From Mobula hypostoma (lineage: Eukaryota): 64,000 nucleotides of DNA. Position numbers and translations under genes: made by a program. Positions within the stretch are counted from its first letter, which is position 1. Each line of letters starts with the position of its first letter. The stretch covers positions 4,154,001 through 4,218,000 of the forward strand of contig NC_086108.1 in the NCBI RefSeq assembly GCF_963921235.1, in the 5' to 3' direction. The notes under the pieces were generated by a model. That model was not told the DNA's origin. It searched no databases and saw only the letters and a program-made list of their open reading frames with translations. Positions 49,635 to 62,386 of this stretch are shown here, in pieces.

Positions 49635-50607
49635 TATATATTAATGACTTAGATGAGGGAATTAAATGCAGCATCTCCAAGTTTGCGGATGACACGAAGC
49701 TGGGTGGCAGTGTTAGCTGTGAGGAGGATGCTAAGAGGATGCAGGGTGACTTGGATAGGTTGGGTGAGTGGGCAAATTCATGGCAGATGCAATTTAATGT
49801 GGATAAATGTGAGGTTATCCACTTTGGTGGCAAAAACAGGAAAGCAGATTATTATCTGAATGGTGACCGATTAGGAAAGGGGGAGGTGCAATGAGACCTG
49901 GGTGTCATTATACACCAGTCATTGAAAGTGGGCATGCAGGTACAGCAGGCGGTGAAAAAGGCGAATGGTATGCTGGCATTTATAGCAAGAGGATTGGAGT
50001 ACAGGAGCAGGGAGGTACTACTGCAGTTGTACAAGGCCTTGGTGAGACCACACCTGGAGTATTGTGTGCAGTTTTGGTCCCGTAATCTGAGGAAAGACTT
50101 TCTTGCCATAGAGGGAGTACAAAGAAGGTTCACCAGATTGATTCCTGGGATGGCAGGACTTTCATATGATGAAAGACTGGATTGACTAGGCTTATATTCA
50201 TTGGAATTTAGAAGATTGAGGGGAGATCTTATTGAAACGTATAAAATCCTAAAGGGATTGGACAGGCTAGATGCAGGAAGATTGTTCCCGATGTTGGGGA
50301 AGTCCAGAACAAGGGGTCACAGTTTGAGGATAAAGGGGAAGCCTTTTAGAACCGAGATTAGGAAAAACTTCTTCATACAGAGAATGGTGAATCTGTGGAA
50401 TTCTCTGCCACAGGAAACAGTTGAGGCCAGTTCACTGGCTATATTTAAGAGGGAGTTAGATGTGGCCCTTGTGGCTAAAGGGATCAGGGGTATGGAGGGA
50501 AGGCTGGTGCAGGGTTCTGAGTTGGATGATCAGCCATGATCATACTGAATGGCGGTGCAGGCTCGAAGGGCCGAATGGCCTGCTGCACCTATTTTCTATG
50601 TTTCTAT
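49635..50607 (+). mobile_element. young 5'-truncated CR1 (RT C-terminal third plus 3' UTR)
   Basis: YINDLDEGIKCSISKFADDTKLGG...LVRPHLEYCVQFW...RGHSLRIKGKPFRTE with few stops; CTATGTTT-type tail. Confidence 0.93.
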
Positions 50608-50694
50608 AGTGTGAAGTAGGCCCTTTCATCCCTTCGAGCCACACAGCCCTTCCATCCCCTGATTTAATCCCAGCTGATTCATGGGACATTTTCC

Positions 50695-51430
50695 AAATCG
50701 TTGAGTGTGTGTCTTCAGGCTCCTGTACCTCCTCCCTGATGGTAGCAATGAGAAGAGGACATGTCCTGGGTGATGGGGGTTCCTTAATGATGGATGCCAC
50801 CTTTTTGAGGCATTGCTCCTTGAAGGTGTCCTGGACAGGTATATGGAGGAAGTTAAGGTGCGGGGTTATATGGGTGGCAGGGTTTGAGGGTCAGCACAAC
50901 AATGTGGGCCGTAGGGCCTGTACTGTGCTGCACTATTCTATGTTCTATAGTACAGAGGCTCGTGCCCGTGATGGAGCTGACTGAGTTTACAAATCTCTGA
51001 AGCTTATTTCAATCCTGTGCAGTTGCCCCTCCTCCCCGCCCCCCCACCACCAGACAGTGATGCAGCCAGTCAGAATGCTCTCCATAGTTCATCTGTAGAA
51101 ATTTGCTTTGGTGACGTACCAAATCGCCCCAAACTCCTAATGAAACATAGCTGCTGTTGTGCCTTCTTTGTAGCTGCATCAGTATGTTGGGTCCAGGATA
51201 GATCCTCAGAGATGTTGGGCCCAGGAACTTGAAATTGCTCACTCTTTCCACTTCTGATCCCTCTTTGAGGACTGGTGTGTGCTCCCTCATCTTACCCTTT
51301 CGGAAGTCAACAGTCAGTTCTTCAGTCTTGCTGAAGTTGAGTGCAGGGTTGTTGCTGTGACACCACTAAGCCAGCTGACCTATCTCGCTCCTGTACACCC
51401 TCTCGTCACCATCTGAGATTCTGCCAACAA
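50695..51430 (-). mobile_element. Rex1/Babar-like fragment with an internal CR1 3'-end insert (~50835-50948)
   Basis: EGSEVERVSNFKFLG (51009-51290); LPSGRRYRSLKTHTQR near 50700-50750. Confidence 0.8.
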
Positions 51431-53221
51431 CAGTTTGCACAAAAAATTAAACTGATCTTTTTCACATGTAGGAATTCTGATAGCCAACTCCCTTGGTTAC
51501 ATATACCAGATGTCAAACATCTGGTCCTGACCAACATTCTTGTTTTTCATAGATTTTGGCCTGGTTTATCAGCCTGTCTTGTAATGCATTGGTGGACTGA
51601 GCATTTCCTGATGTTCCTAGGCTGAAATTCCTGGATGCATGGATACGGTCTTTTGTCAGCTCCTCCCAGACCACCAACCGTCCGGAGATCAGCCCAGCTG
51701 CTCGCCCGAATCAGAATTTCTCAACATGGATGCCGTGTCTGTCCTGGGGCACACCGGCTCGTTGTGACTTGGATGAGGGTGTGGTGGAAGGGTGGGTTAA
51801 TCTGTTAGCAGAAGACGTTAGGGTTGGTGGAGTTGAGGATACTGTAGACGGCTGTCACAAGATGGCACCAGTAGGGGCGAATGTTTTTGTACAGTTCCAA
51901 TGGGAATTATCAAATATTCCTCTTCAGTGCTACTGCAGCTGACTTCTGGTGCAGCTACAGAACCGTAACCCGCAGTTACGGACTTCTGGTGCAGCTACAG
52001 ACATAGCAGCCTCCCGGGAGCCACCCAAAGGTGTTCTTTATAATCACAGGACGACGCTGGACGCTAAGAACTTCACATACTACTCTATCAGCAAGCTGTT
52101 CGTTGGCAGAGAGGCTGGTGCAGACAGTGTTACTGCCTGCTAGGGAAGGCATCGGACTTCGTGCGCGAGGGCGGTGGGCGGTCTAACAGCGAGTGATTGT
52201 CTTGGGTGTTTCTCTTTCGATCACAAGACCCTGTTGGACATTGATAATAAGTCCATTTCCGTGTTTACTGGGGGAGCTGTGTGACCTCAATCATAACAAG
52301 GACCAGGCTTCGAGCCGCGGGCTTGCCTGTCGCAGCAGTCCAGGAGTAAAGGCACTGGAGGCGGTATAGCACAGTTGGGACTTGCTCCTCCCAACAGTGC
52401 TGCCCTCCAGTGTTCAATTGGAGGAATGACCAACTGGATTGCACACATACCTATATTCATCTGCAGACTGGTGAGAACCGCTTGTTCTTGCCAACAACAC
52501 CCATGCACCATCAATTTACAGGACATGTCACTCACAGACATATATAGTTTTCAGTGTGACAGTGTTTTACTGGTATCTTATATGTGGTATGTGTCCCTTG
52601 TTCCACTGTCACCCCTCCTCTTCTCCCTCTGGTGTCCCTTTCCTTCCCTTTCTCCCATGATCCACTCTCCTCTCCTGTCCTATCAGATTTCCTCTTCCTT
52701 AGCCCTTTACTGCTTCCACCTATCACCTCCCAGCTTCTTACTTCATCCCCACTCCCCTACCCTCCCCCTCACCTGGTCTGACCTATCACCCGACAGCTTG
52801 TGCTCCTCCCCCTCCCTCCACTTCCGTATTCTGGTGTCTGCCCCCCTCCTCTCCAGTCCCGAAATATCCACTGTTTATTCATTTCCACAGAGGCTGCCTG
52901 ACCTGCTGAGTTCTTCCAGTATTTTGTGTGTGTCTGTCTGTGTGTGTGTTACTCAAGATTTTCAGCATCTGCAGAATCTCTTGAGACTGTTTACTAGTCG
53001 ATGTCCCATCAAGTTCAAGTTTAATACCCGTGTCTACAGCTAAACGAAACTGTGTTCTGCCGGGGGTCAAGGTGCAAACACAGTACAGACAGTCACACAC
53101 ACCATATATACTAACGATAGCACATCCAGTCACAGATAATAATATTAGCGCAAGCCCGTAATATTATAGTGTCAGCCTCCCCCACCACCCGACCCAGGAG
53201 GTGAAAGGCTGAACCGCCGAC

Positions 53222-53706
53222 AGAATCGGAATCAGGTTTAATATCACCGGCATATGTCGGGAAATCTGTTAACTTTGCAGCAGCTGTCCAATGTAATACA
53301 TGATAATAGAGAGAAAACTGTGAATTACAGCAATTGTATATATTAAATAGTTAAATATGTAGTGAAGAAATAGGAAATAAAAAAGTAGTGAGGTAATGTT
53401 CATGGGTTTGGTGTTCATTCAGAAATCTGATAACTTTGGGGACGAAGCTGTTCCTGAATCGTTGAGTGTGGGTCTTCAGGCTCCTGTACCTCCTCCCTGA
53501 TGGTAGCAATGAGAAGAGGGCATGACCTGGGTGATGGGGGTCCTTAATTACGTACATCAATTTTCTGAGTCACCGCTCCTTGAAGATGACCAGGATACTA
53601 CAGAGGCCAGTACCCATGATGGAGCTGACTAATTTTACAACTCTCTGCAGTTTACTACAATCCCGTGCAGTAGCCCCTGCCCCCCATACCAGACGGTGAT
53701 GCAGAA
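53222..53706 (-). mobile_element. Rex1/Babar-like 3' end with (GATTCT)n tail
   Basis: KDPHHPGHALFSLLPSGRRYRSLKTHTQRFRNSF. Confidence 0.85.
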
Positions 53707-55099
53707 TACTACATTTTGTTGTTTTCCCTGCAGGTGAGATTGCTGGCGGACAGTGTAGATGAGATCGCTGTAAGAATGTTTGTTTAACAGTAAGCACTCG
53801 AGCGGAATTATTATGACTTAAATCAAATCATACTGCTTTGCCTAATTTCATCTGGCCTGCCTTCAGTGTATGCCTGAGTGCAGATGCATCGAGGGGTGGG
53901 GGAGCGTAGGGAGGAGAGATCTCTATCTCACTGGCAGCCTGTGCTCGACGTGCACTCCAGTAACTGCCAATCAAACGTCTGGATGAAGCAGCAAGTTGCA
54001 GACGTTAATGTGGAGAGTACTCAGCATGGTGAGAGTGAGAGGTGTGTGCATGTGTCAGATTGGAGACTGGGAACTACAGTCCAAATACTTAAGGTTCCCA
54101 GAGTTACTCTTCTTGTTCAGTGGTTCAATTTGATATCAGAGAATGTTTACAATATACAATCTGAAATCCTTACAGACAGCCACAAAACAGAATAAGAAGG
54201 CCAAAATAATGAACGGCAGAAAATGTTAGAACTCCAAAGCCCTCCCTCCCCACCACAAGCAATAACAAATCCCCCAAAGACACCGTGATCTAGAGTCCAT
54301 GAAAAGCTGCAGCCCATCCCAACACCTCGGCATCTCAGACTGGCTCTCTCTCTCACACTAGCAAGGGAAAGAGAGATATCGCCCCTGCAACAATGAGAGG
54401 GGAGAGCAACAGCTCACTGCTTCGATGCCTGCCTTGTCGCTTGCCCAAGTTCCCCAACTCGAAGATCAGCAGACTCTCAATCGCCATCAAGAGAGAGAGA
54501 ATGCAGGGGTCATCTTCCGACAGCAGTCCACACCACCTACCTGCCTGCTGTCTCGATCTTTCAATCCCCCACCAGGCTTCAGTCAGCAACTCCGGCGAGG
54601 AACCAGGGCATCCACAGGGCCCGCGCCCCAAAGGCGCGCATTTTCCGGGGCAAACTGGAGATACCGAAACGCTGTGACTGAGAACCCACCGCCCATGGAG
54701 AGCCGTAGACTGCGATGCAGCTGTAGGTCACACACTCCGACGGGCCCCAGCCACCTCGAAACGAAAGGAAAGACAGGAGAAAAGAAGAAGAAGATGCTGT
54801 TTTGCAGATGAACTAGAAGAAGTAGCCTGGATCTGCAAAAAGCACTGACAAAGTCAAAAATCAAGGTCAAGTTCATAAGCAAATACATGTCTGCGTAGGT
54901 GTAACACCAGCACCAGCACAGGCGCGTAGCATCAGGATAAGCTGCATTCACAAGAAAAAGATATTAAATTATTATCACGCGAAAGAACACGATGAAAACA
55001 CAAAATCCATTTCAGTGCAAAGTGGCCCTAAGACAGGGGAACAGAATTAGGCCGTTTGGCCCATCAAGTCTGCTCCTCCATTTGATCATGACTGCAGGG

Positions 55100-55830
55100 C
55101 CAATCACACGAGCAACCATGTTGTCAAGTTCATCGATGGTGCGACTGTGCGACTCATCACCAGCATGGAGGCGGCCGACAGAGAGGAGGTGGAAGAGCTC
55201 GAGGCCTGATGCCAGGAAAGTTACATCTTCCTCAATGTCAACAAGACCAAGGAGGTTGTTACCGACTCGGGAGAACTCACACCACTCGCATCCCTCTTTA
55301 CTTCAGCAGCATGTCAGTGGAAACTGCGAGAAGTTTCAAACTCCTGGGAGTGCTCATCTCACACAACCTCTCATGGCCCCAGAACATATCCTCCACAGTC
55401 AGGAAAGCTCACCAGTGCCTCTGCTTTCTGAGGAGGCTGAAGGGAGCTGGACTTTGCACATCTATGCTCATGTCATTCTACAGATATGCAGTAGAGAGCA
55501 TCCTAACATGCTGCAACGCTGCACGGTATGGAAACTGCACTGCGGCACAGAAAGCCTCTGCAACCAGTTGTCCTCATCGGCAAGAGTGTGTTCTATGTAC
55601 ACAGAAAGGTGCTGGAAAAGAGCCAGTAACAACATGAAGGATCCCACCCACCCTGCTCATGGACTGTTTGTCCCACTCCCATCAGGGAGGAGGCTACGTA
55701 GCATCCACGCCAGGACCACCAGACTCAAAAACAGTTACTACTTTCCCCAAGCAGTCAGGCTGATCAACACCTCCACCCACTAACCCACCCCTCCACACCC
55801 CCAACCACCATGACATACACACCATCTAGT
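55100..55830 (+). mobile_element. Rex1/Babar-like RT 3' fragment
   Basis: SFKLLGVLISHNLSW..CFLRRLK..FYRYAVESILT; KDPTHPAHGLFVPLPSGRRLRSIHARTTRLKNSY. Confidence 0.85.
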
Positions 55831-56894
55831 CACTTTATGTACAATTTCTCAAAGTTCAAAGTAAATTTATTATCAAAGTTCATATATGTCACCATATACA
55901 ACCCTGAGATTCATTTTCTTGTGGGCATACTCAATAAATCTATAGAATACTAACCATAACCGAATCAATGTATAAAACAGTTTCCTGTATATTATGTTTG
56001 ATAGGGTTGCTGTTTTATTTACTTTTATTGTTTTTGTTTGTGTTTTTTTGTGCAGTGTCAGATCCGGAGTTACAATGATTTTGTTCTCCTTTACATTTGA
56101 GTACAGAAGAATGATAATAAGCAGTCTTGGATTTTGTACCTGTGTTTGTCTGAATACAGGTCGTTCCTCATCAGCTGTGCCGTGTCGTGTGACGTGAATG
56201 ATCACAATCTTACCCGTGACCATGATTGTTCTTGGCAAGTTTTTCTGCAGAACTGGTTTAGCGTTGCCTCTGGGCAGTGTCTTTACAAGACGGGTGACCC
56301 CAGCCATTATCAATACTCTTCAGAGATTGTCTGCCTGGTGTCAGTGGTCACATAACCAGGACTTGTGATCTGCACCGGCTGCTCATACGACCATCCACCG
56401 CCTGCTCCCGTGGCTTCACGTGACCCTGATCGGGGGTGGGGGGTCTAAGGAGCAACTTGACGTACCGTCACCACACCACTGATATTGATTCAGACTCTGC
56501 CTGATGTTATTTGAGGACTTACTTCCAAGCTGTCTAGAGTCCTGCGAGAGTCAGCAGTGGGTGGGCTGGGTTAGTGGTTTCTAGAGTCCCTGTGGAGCTC
56601 TGTTAGCTGGGTTGTTTGTGGGTTAATAGCTGGAGGCCTAGATGGTTGCCCTAGTTTTCAAGGTGTTATCAATCACTTTCTAACTGGAGCTGCTGCAGAT
56701 TTTTTTTCCCCTGGTGCTTTTCCACTTTCTCCTGCAAGCCATCACCCTCCATTCCACTGTTGGCTCTGTCTTGTTGCCTCGTTGCCAGCTGTAACGTTCT
56801 GCGTCAGTTCTGGCCCTATGTTGGACATTGTTACCGGGGAACTGCCATACCTTTGGGCTTTCCGGGCAAAAGGGCCCCAATTCGTGATCCTGTC

Positions 56895-57762
56895 CAGTGG
56901 CTTCCGCCCAGTCCATCACGGGGTAAAGCCCTCCCCATCTCTGAGCACATCTACACGAAATGCTGTCGCTGGAAAGTGGCATCCATCATCAGGGACCCCC
57001 TCCACCCAGGACATGCTCTCTCCTCGCTGCTGCCATCAGGAAGAAGGTACGGGAGCCTCAGGACTCACACCACCTGGTTCAGAAACAGTTACTACCCCTC
57101 AATCATCAGGCTCTTGAACCAGAGGGGATAACGTCACACAACTCCACTTGTCCCATCATTAAAATGTTCCCACAACCAATCGACTCACTTTCAAAGGACT
57201 CTTCATCTCGTGTGCTCGATATTTACTGAACCCCGTAGAATGATAGAAACATCCTGTGGCTGATGATGAATCTCAAGCTTGTATATGACATACATACTTC
57301 GGTAATAAATTAACTTTGAACTTCAACTCTATGCCAGCCTGCAATGGTTAAAGATGTAGCAGAAAGTTCATAATGCTTGGCCCTCCCCGGGACATGCTCT
57401 CTTCTCGCTGCTGCCATCAGGAAGAAAGTACTGGAGCCTCAGGACTCGCACCCCCAGGTTCAGGACCAGTTACTACCCCTCAACCATCAGGCTGTAGAAT
57501 AAAAGGGGATAACTACAATTACTAGCCCTTCCATTGAGAAGCTCCTACAACCAATTATCTCACGTTAAGGACTGTATCTTGTTATTTCATGCTCTCGTTA
57601 CTTATTGTTATTTATTTGGACAGTCTGTTGTCTTCTGCATCACAGCCTTTGATCCTGTTATAGTTACTATTCTATAGATTTTCTGAGTATGCCCTCAGGA
57701 AAATGAATCTCAGGGTAACATATAAGTGACATGTATGTACTTTGATAATAAATTTGACTTTG
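56895..57762 (+). mobile_element. two consecutive Rex1/Babar-like 3' ends (56895-57325, 57385-57762)
   Basis: RDPLHPGHALSSLLPSGRRYGSLRTHTTWFRNSYYPSIIRLLN; both end in the GAATCTCA..TACTT.G.TAATAAATT tail. Confidence 0.8.
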
Positions 57763-58284
57763 GCCAGCACCTTGAACTTGTATCCTCTCACCTCAGTGAA
57801 CTGTAGAAGGCACCGTTAGACTTTGCTATCCCTGGACTATCACAATGCTTCCAAGCCTAGGGACATTCTAAGTGGGGATCTGCTCTAAGTGGTAGAGAAA
57901 ACCTGCAGATGCTGAAAATCCAAGCAACACACACAAAGAGTGCTGGAGGAACTCAGCAGGCCAGGTAACATCTAGGAAAAGAGTTAACAGTCAACATTTC
58001 AGGCCAAGTGTGTTGTCCGCTCTATCTCGTGGTTTTCTGTGCTGCAGGAAGGTCACGTTCCAAGTGAGTTTCACCTGCCTCCATTCGGAGGATTGTGCAT
58101 GTCACCAGGACCTAACCGTACAATTTTGGTCTGCATGGAGGCTGTAGAGGAGGTTCACGAGAATGAAAGGATTAATATATGAGAAGTGTTCGATGATTCT
58201 AGGCCTGTATTAACTAGAATTTAGGAGAATGGTGGGGGGGCTAGAATCTCATTAAAACCTATCAAATATTGAAAGGCCTAGATT

Positions 58285-59295
58285 TAGGATACAACTGGAT
58301 GAGTCAACTGTGCAAGACAACAAGGCATTGCTAATGGCATATGTACAGTTGATCAAAAATTGAAAAGTTTATGAAGAGATTCCTTTTTGTAAAAAGTTGA
58401 AAACAAATATCAAAGGAGAATCAATCTACAATGAGCTCAAAATGTATGTTGAGGATAAAAGTATTCTGATTAGGAACATGGTTTCTTGTGTAATAGATGG
58501 AGCACCGTATATGACGGATCGCCATGCTGGTTTACCAGCAATCCCCATTGTGCAATTCATCGTCAACATCTCACAGCCAAAAACCTTAGCTAGTGACTTC
58601 TTCAAGCATAGCTTTTGCAGTATCTGCTATGAACAAAATTAAAGCTCACCCATTAAATAGCAGATTATTTCACCAGTAATGCCAAGATAACAACGAAGAG
58701 TTTGAATGCTTGCTTCTTCACACTGAAGTGTGTTGGCTGTCAAAAGGCTGCTGCTTAAAACATTCCTTAGATCTTTTGACACTGAGCTTGAATTTTTCCT
58801 CAAAGTTGACAAGAGGCTGGGAAACAAGATTGAACTTACACCGGGAGATATGGCTTACCTCGCCGATCTGTATGACAGAATGAACATTCTAAATAGGAAA
58901 CTGCAGGGTGAGAACTTCAATTTAATCCTGACAAAAAGTGCAGTGTCCACTTTTGTCAGCAAACTGGAAATATATAAGCAAACAATGAGAGAAGAATGTT
59001 CTCACAGCAAGAAGAAATTATCAAAATTAAGAGTGATGAAGCAAAAATGCTTTTAAAAAATGTCAGCTTTTGTGATATGTGGCTAGACTGTCATATGAAG
59101 TTTCCTGCTCTTTGGAGAAGAGCCAGACTGCTTTTCCATCCTCCTACCTTGTTGAAAAAGGCTTCAGTGCAGTGAACCACATCCTCACCAAAAACAGACG
59201 GCGTTACACGTGGGGACTCGGGCTTTTGCTGTCATAACTTGAACCAGATATTCCAACTCTTCCTAAGAACCATCGAGCTCAAGGATCACATTGAT
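58285..59295 (+). pseudogene. decayed hAT (Buster/Charlie, SCAND3/ZBED-like) transposase
   Basis: IQLDEST..ALLMAYV, EEILFCKKL..KGESIY, DGAPYM, HTEVCWLSKG, MAYLADLYDRMNILNRKLQG, PSSYLVEKGFSAV, LEPDI..QGSH*; many frameshifts. Confidence 0.85.
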
Positions 59296-62200
59296 ATGGA
59301 AGCTGCTGTACAGCGCACAGGTACTGTGCAAGCTAGGTTTACAGACAAATAAAATTTTAAAGCAGAATCACTTTTCTCATGTTAGGCTATGTTAGACATG
59401 ATTTTTACACTATGGCGGGGGGCGGTTCTGGAAAGTATATTGTGCCTAAGAGGGGCATTGGCAAGTATGAAGGTGCTTTGGGGAGTGGATGTGGAGAGGA
59501 TGTTTACTGTAGTTTTGGAGATACAGCGTGGAATTGGGCATTCCAGCTCCTGGGGCTACGTCACCCAGCAACCCCCAAATTAACCCTAAACAATTTACAA
59601 TTACCGGTGAATCGACTAACTGTGGGAGGAAACTGGAGCACCTGGAGGAAACCCACACAGTCCGCGGAGAGAACGTATAGACTGCTTACGGACGATGTCA
59701 GATCTGAACTCCGACCTGTTCTAGCAGCATGCTAGCTGCTCCCCTACCATGGTGCCCACATGGCGGAGGAGTCTAGCAACGGAGGATGCAGCCTCAGACC
59801 ACAAAGATGCAGATGCTTCTTCCAACAGAGATGTTTTGTAACTTTGAAACATTAAACTAATTCAGAGGAAGACATGGGAGTCTGACATGTGTGACTTCAC
59901 TCATGTCACATGGCAGCATCATGACATAGGCAATTCACGTATTTTTGCATGCAACTTGTAGTGAGTTATTTAAACAAACAACAATGCTTAATCAACAACA
60001 TATTTGCAAGATAACACAAATACTACTGATGTATGGTACTAAGCTTGTTATAGCCGGGGGTGGTAACGAGAATAAGCTCCCACTACCTATTAAATGCTCC
60101 CAATGGCGTGAGATCCAAACAGCCTCTGTCAGCCAAGTCCAGCTCCTGGCCTACACATGAAGCTTAGCTAGTGGAACCACTTCTACTGACAGGAGGAGGG
60201 GTAAAGGTGGGTTACTGGTGCCTTAAAACCAGTCGCTTCGGGCAGATGGGGCTCATCAGCTGTTATTGGCAGCTCATCTAGGAGAAGGAAAACTCTGATC
60301 TCAGACCTCCGCTACCTTGCGACTATACCCACTCATGAGGGAAGGATTTGGGAGTAAACCCCCGGGGGGAAAATCCAGAGCTGGGGTCCCTACCCTGTGT
60401 TAAGTTCAACACTGCTGGTACCATACTGTATCGGTCTCTGTCGTTCCTTTGGGTTCACCAGATGTGTTGAGAGGGGGAGCCTGTCACACGGGCAACAGCT
60501 CGCTCTCCGTATCGTACTGCTCTGGCTTGTGTATCTGGACAACTGGGATGCAATATCCATGGTCGACCCTGACCTACGGAGGCCTCAGTTAAATACGCAG
60601 CAAGGAGGAATTTCTTTAGCCAGAGGCTGGTGAACCTGTGAATTGTTTGTTGTGGAGGTCGAGTCATTGAGTATGTTTAAAACCAAGGTTGATAGGAAAT
60701 TGTGTTTGAGAGGTAAAATAAATCAGCCATGATGGAACGGCAGAGCAGACTCGATGGGCCAAATGGCCTAAATCGGGGTTCCCAGGTTGGGGTCCACAGA
60801 CCCCTCAGTTAATGGTAGGGGTCCATGGCATAGACCCTGCAGTAATTCTATTCCTATGTTTTATGGTCAGTCCGCCCCAGAGTGTGGGCGTCTACCAACT
60901 CTGATCAGGGCTTGGCTGTATAGAGGCCCAGACATCTCTGCAGGAGCACCCAGCAGTGGTTCTGGACCCCTTCTCTCCCTTGCGCAAAGAACATGGTTGT
61001 TGCGGAACACAGGAGATTCTGCAGATGCTGGAAGCCCAGAGTGACACACGCAGCACGCTGGAGGAACTCAGCAGGTCAGGCAGCACCTACGGAGGGGAAT
61101 AAACAGTCAACGTTTCGGGCCGAGACCCTTCACCAGGACCGGAGAGGAAAGGGGGTAGGCGCCAGAATAAGAATAACCTGCGAAATCAAGACTGACTGGG
61201 GTGAGTTAACGCGCCCCAGGGAACCGTGTTCTACGTCCCCTTTGGACACTGCCCTCCGTTCTCGTTTCATCCTTCCAACAGCTTAGCGGCTCGCCTCTGG
61301 ATCCAGTGCGACCTCGCTGATGGCATCCGGCTCATGAACATAAGGGGGTAGTTTCACTCACCATCATTGAAATGTTCCCCCAAGCTATGGACTCACTTTT
61401 CAGGACTCTTCGTCTCATGTTCCTGATATTTATTGCTTTTTTTTGTATTTGCATAGTTTATTGTCTCTTGCACACTGATTGTCTTGTTGGGTGCAATCTT
61501 TCAGTGATTCTGTATGGTGTTTCCTGGAGTTACTGAGTCTGCCTGCAAGAAAAAGAATCTCATGGTTGTATATAACGACCTATACAGTACGTACTTTGAT
61601 GATCAGTTTACTTCAAATATGAACGTTGAACTTGATGTTATGCAGCAACCAATTAACTGTAAAGCTTTAGAGAGGGTGTGGAGGAGGTTTATCGGGAAAC
61701 TGCCTGGATGACAGAGCATACTTTATGAGTATAGGTTGAGTGAGCTCAGTCTTTTCTCTTTGGAGCGGAGGAGAATGAGCTGATTCTCTCCCTTCCCCCC
61801 CCCATTCTCCCCCCCTCCCCTCTCTTCCTCCTCCCTTCAACCTCTTTGTTTTCTGAAGAAACTCATCTGGGAGTCATATGCAATGAAAATCACAATTATT
61901 TCCCTTGAATCAGTACTCCTCCTGTGTTTGACACATCCATCCTCCTCAAGTTTATTTTCAGGACTAGATTAACTGTCTGAAGTGAAGCTGGTTTGAATGG
62001 AGTTTCAGCCCCCCCAGCGGTGGGAATGGATTAATGCTGAGATCTTCCTTCGTGGTAGGCACATTCCAGGTCAGGGAATTTCTGGACTGCTCCAGGGTAG
62101 AGACATTCTGGAGTGAACTTCCTTTGGTGAATCCATGTAGTGCCATTATTGAAGCAAAGTGGCCCTGTTTCCCTGGACTACTGCCATCCAACCACAGGCA

Positions 62201-62386
62201 GATGTAATGCTGGAGAGGGTTCGGGGGGGGGGGCGGGTGCAGTACTGAGCTGCAGAGCAGTGACTCATTTACTGGCCTGACTGTTAGCAATCCCGAGCCA
62301 TGAGTTCAAATCCCACCAAGGCCCCTAAATTTTTAAACTTAATGCTCTAAGTAACTTTACTACCAAAGTATATTTATGTTACCCAA

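Noticed and set aside
51538..51625. Coding exon after the acceptor-like TTCTTGTTTTTCATAG
   Set aside because: Stops in all three frames before any good donor.
54992..55783. 263-aa ORF
   Set aside because: Chimeric read-through of CR1 and frameshifted Rex-like fragments.
58397..59056. Domesticated ZBED/SCAND3-type gene
   Set aside because: Multiple frameshifts, stops and deletions; a transposase fossil.
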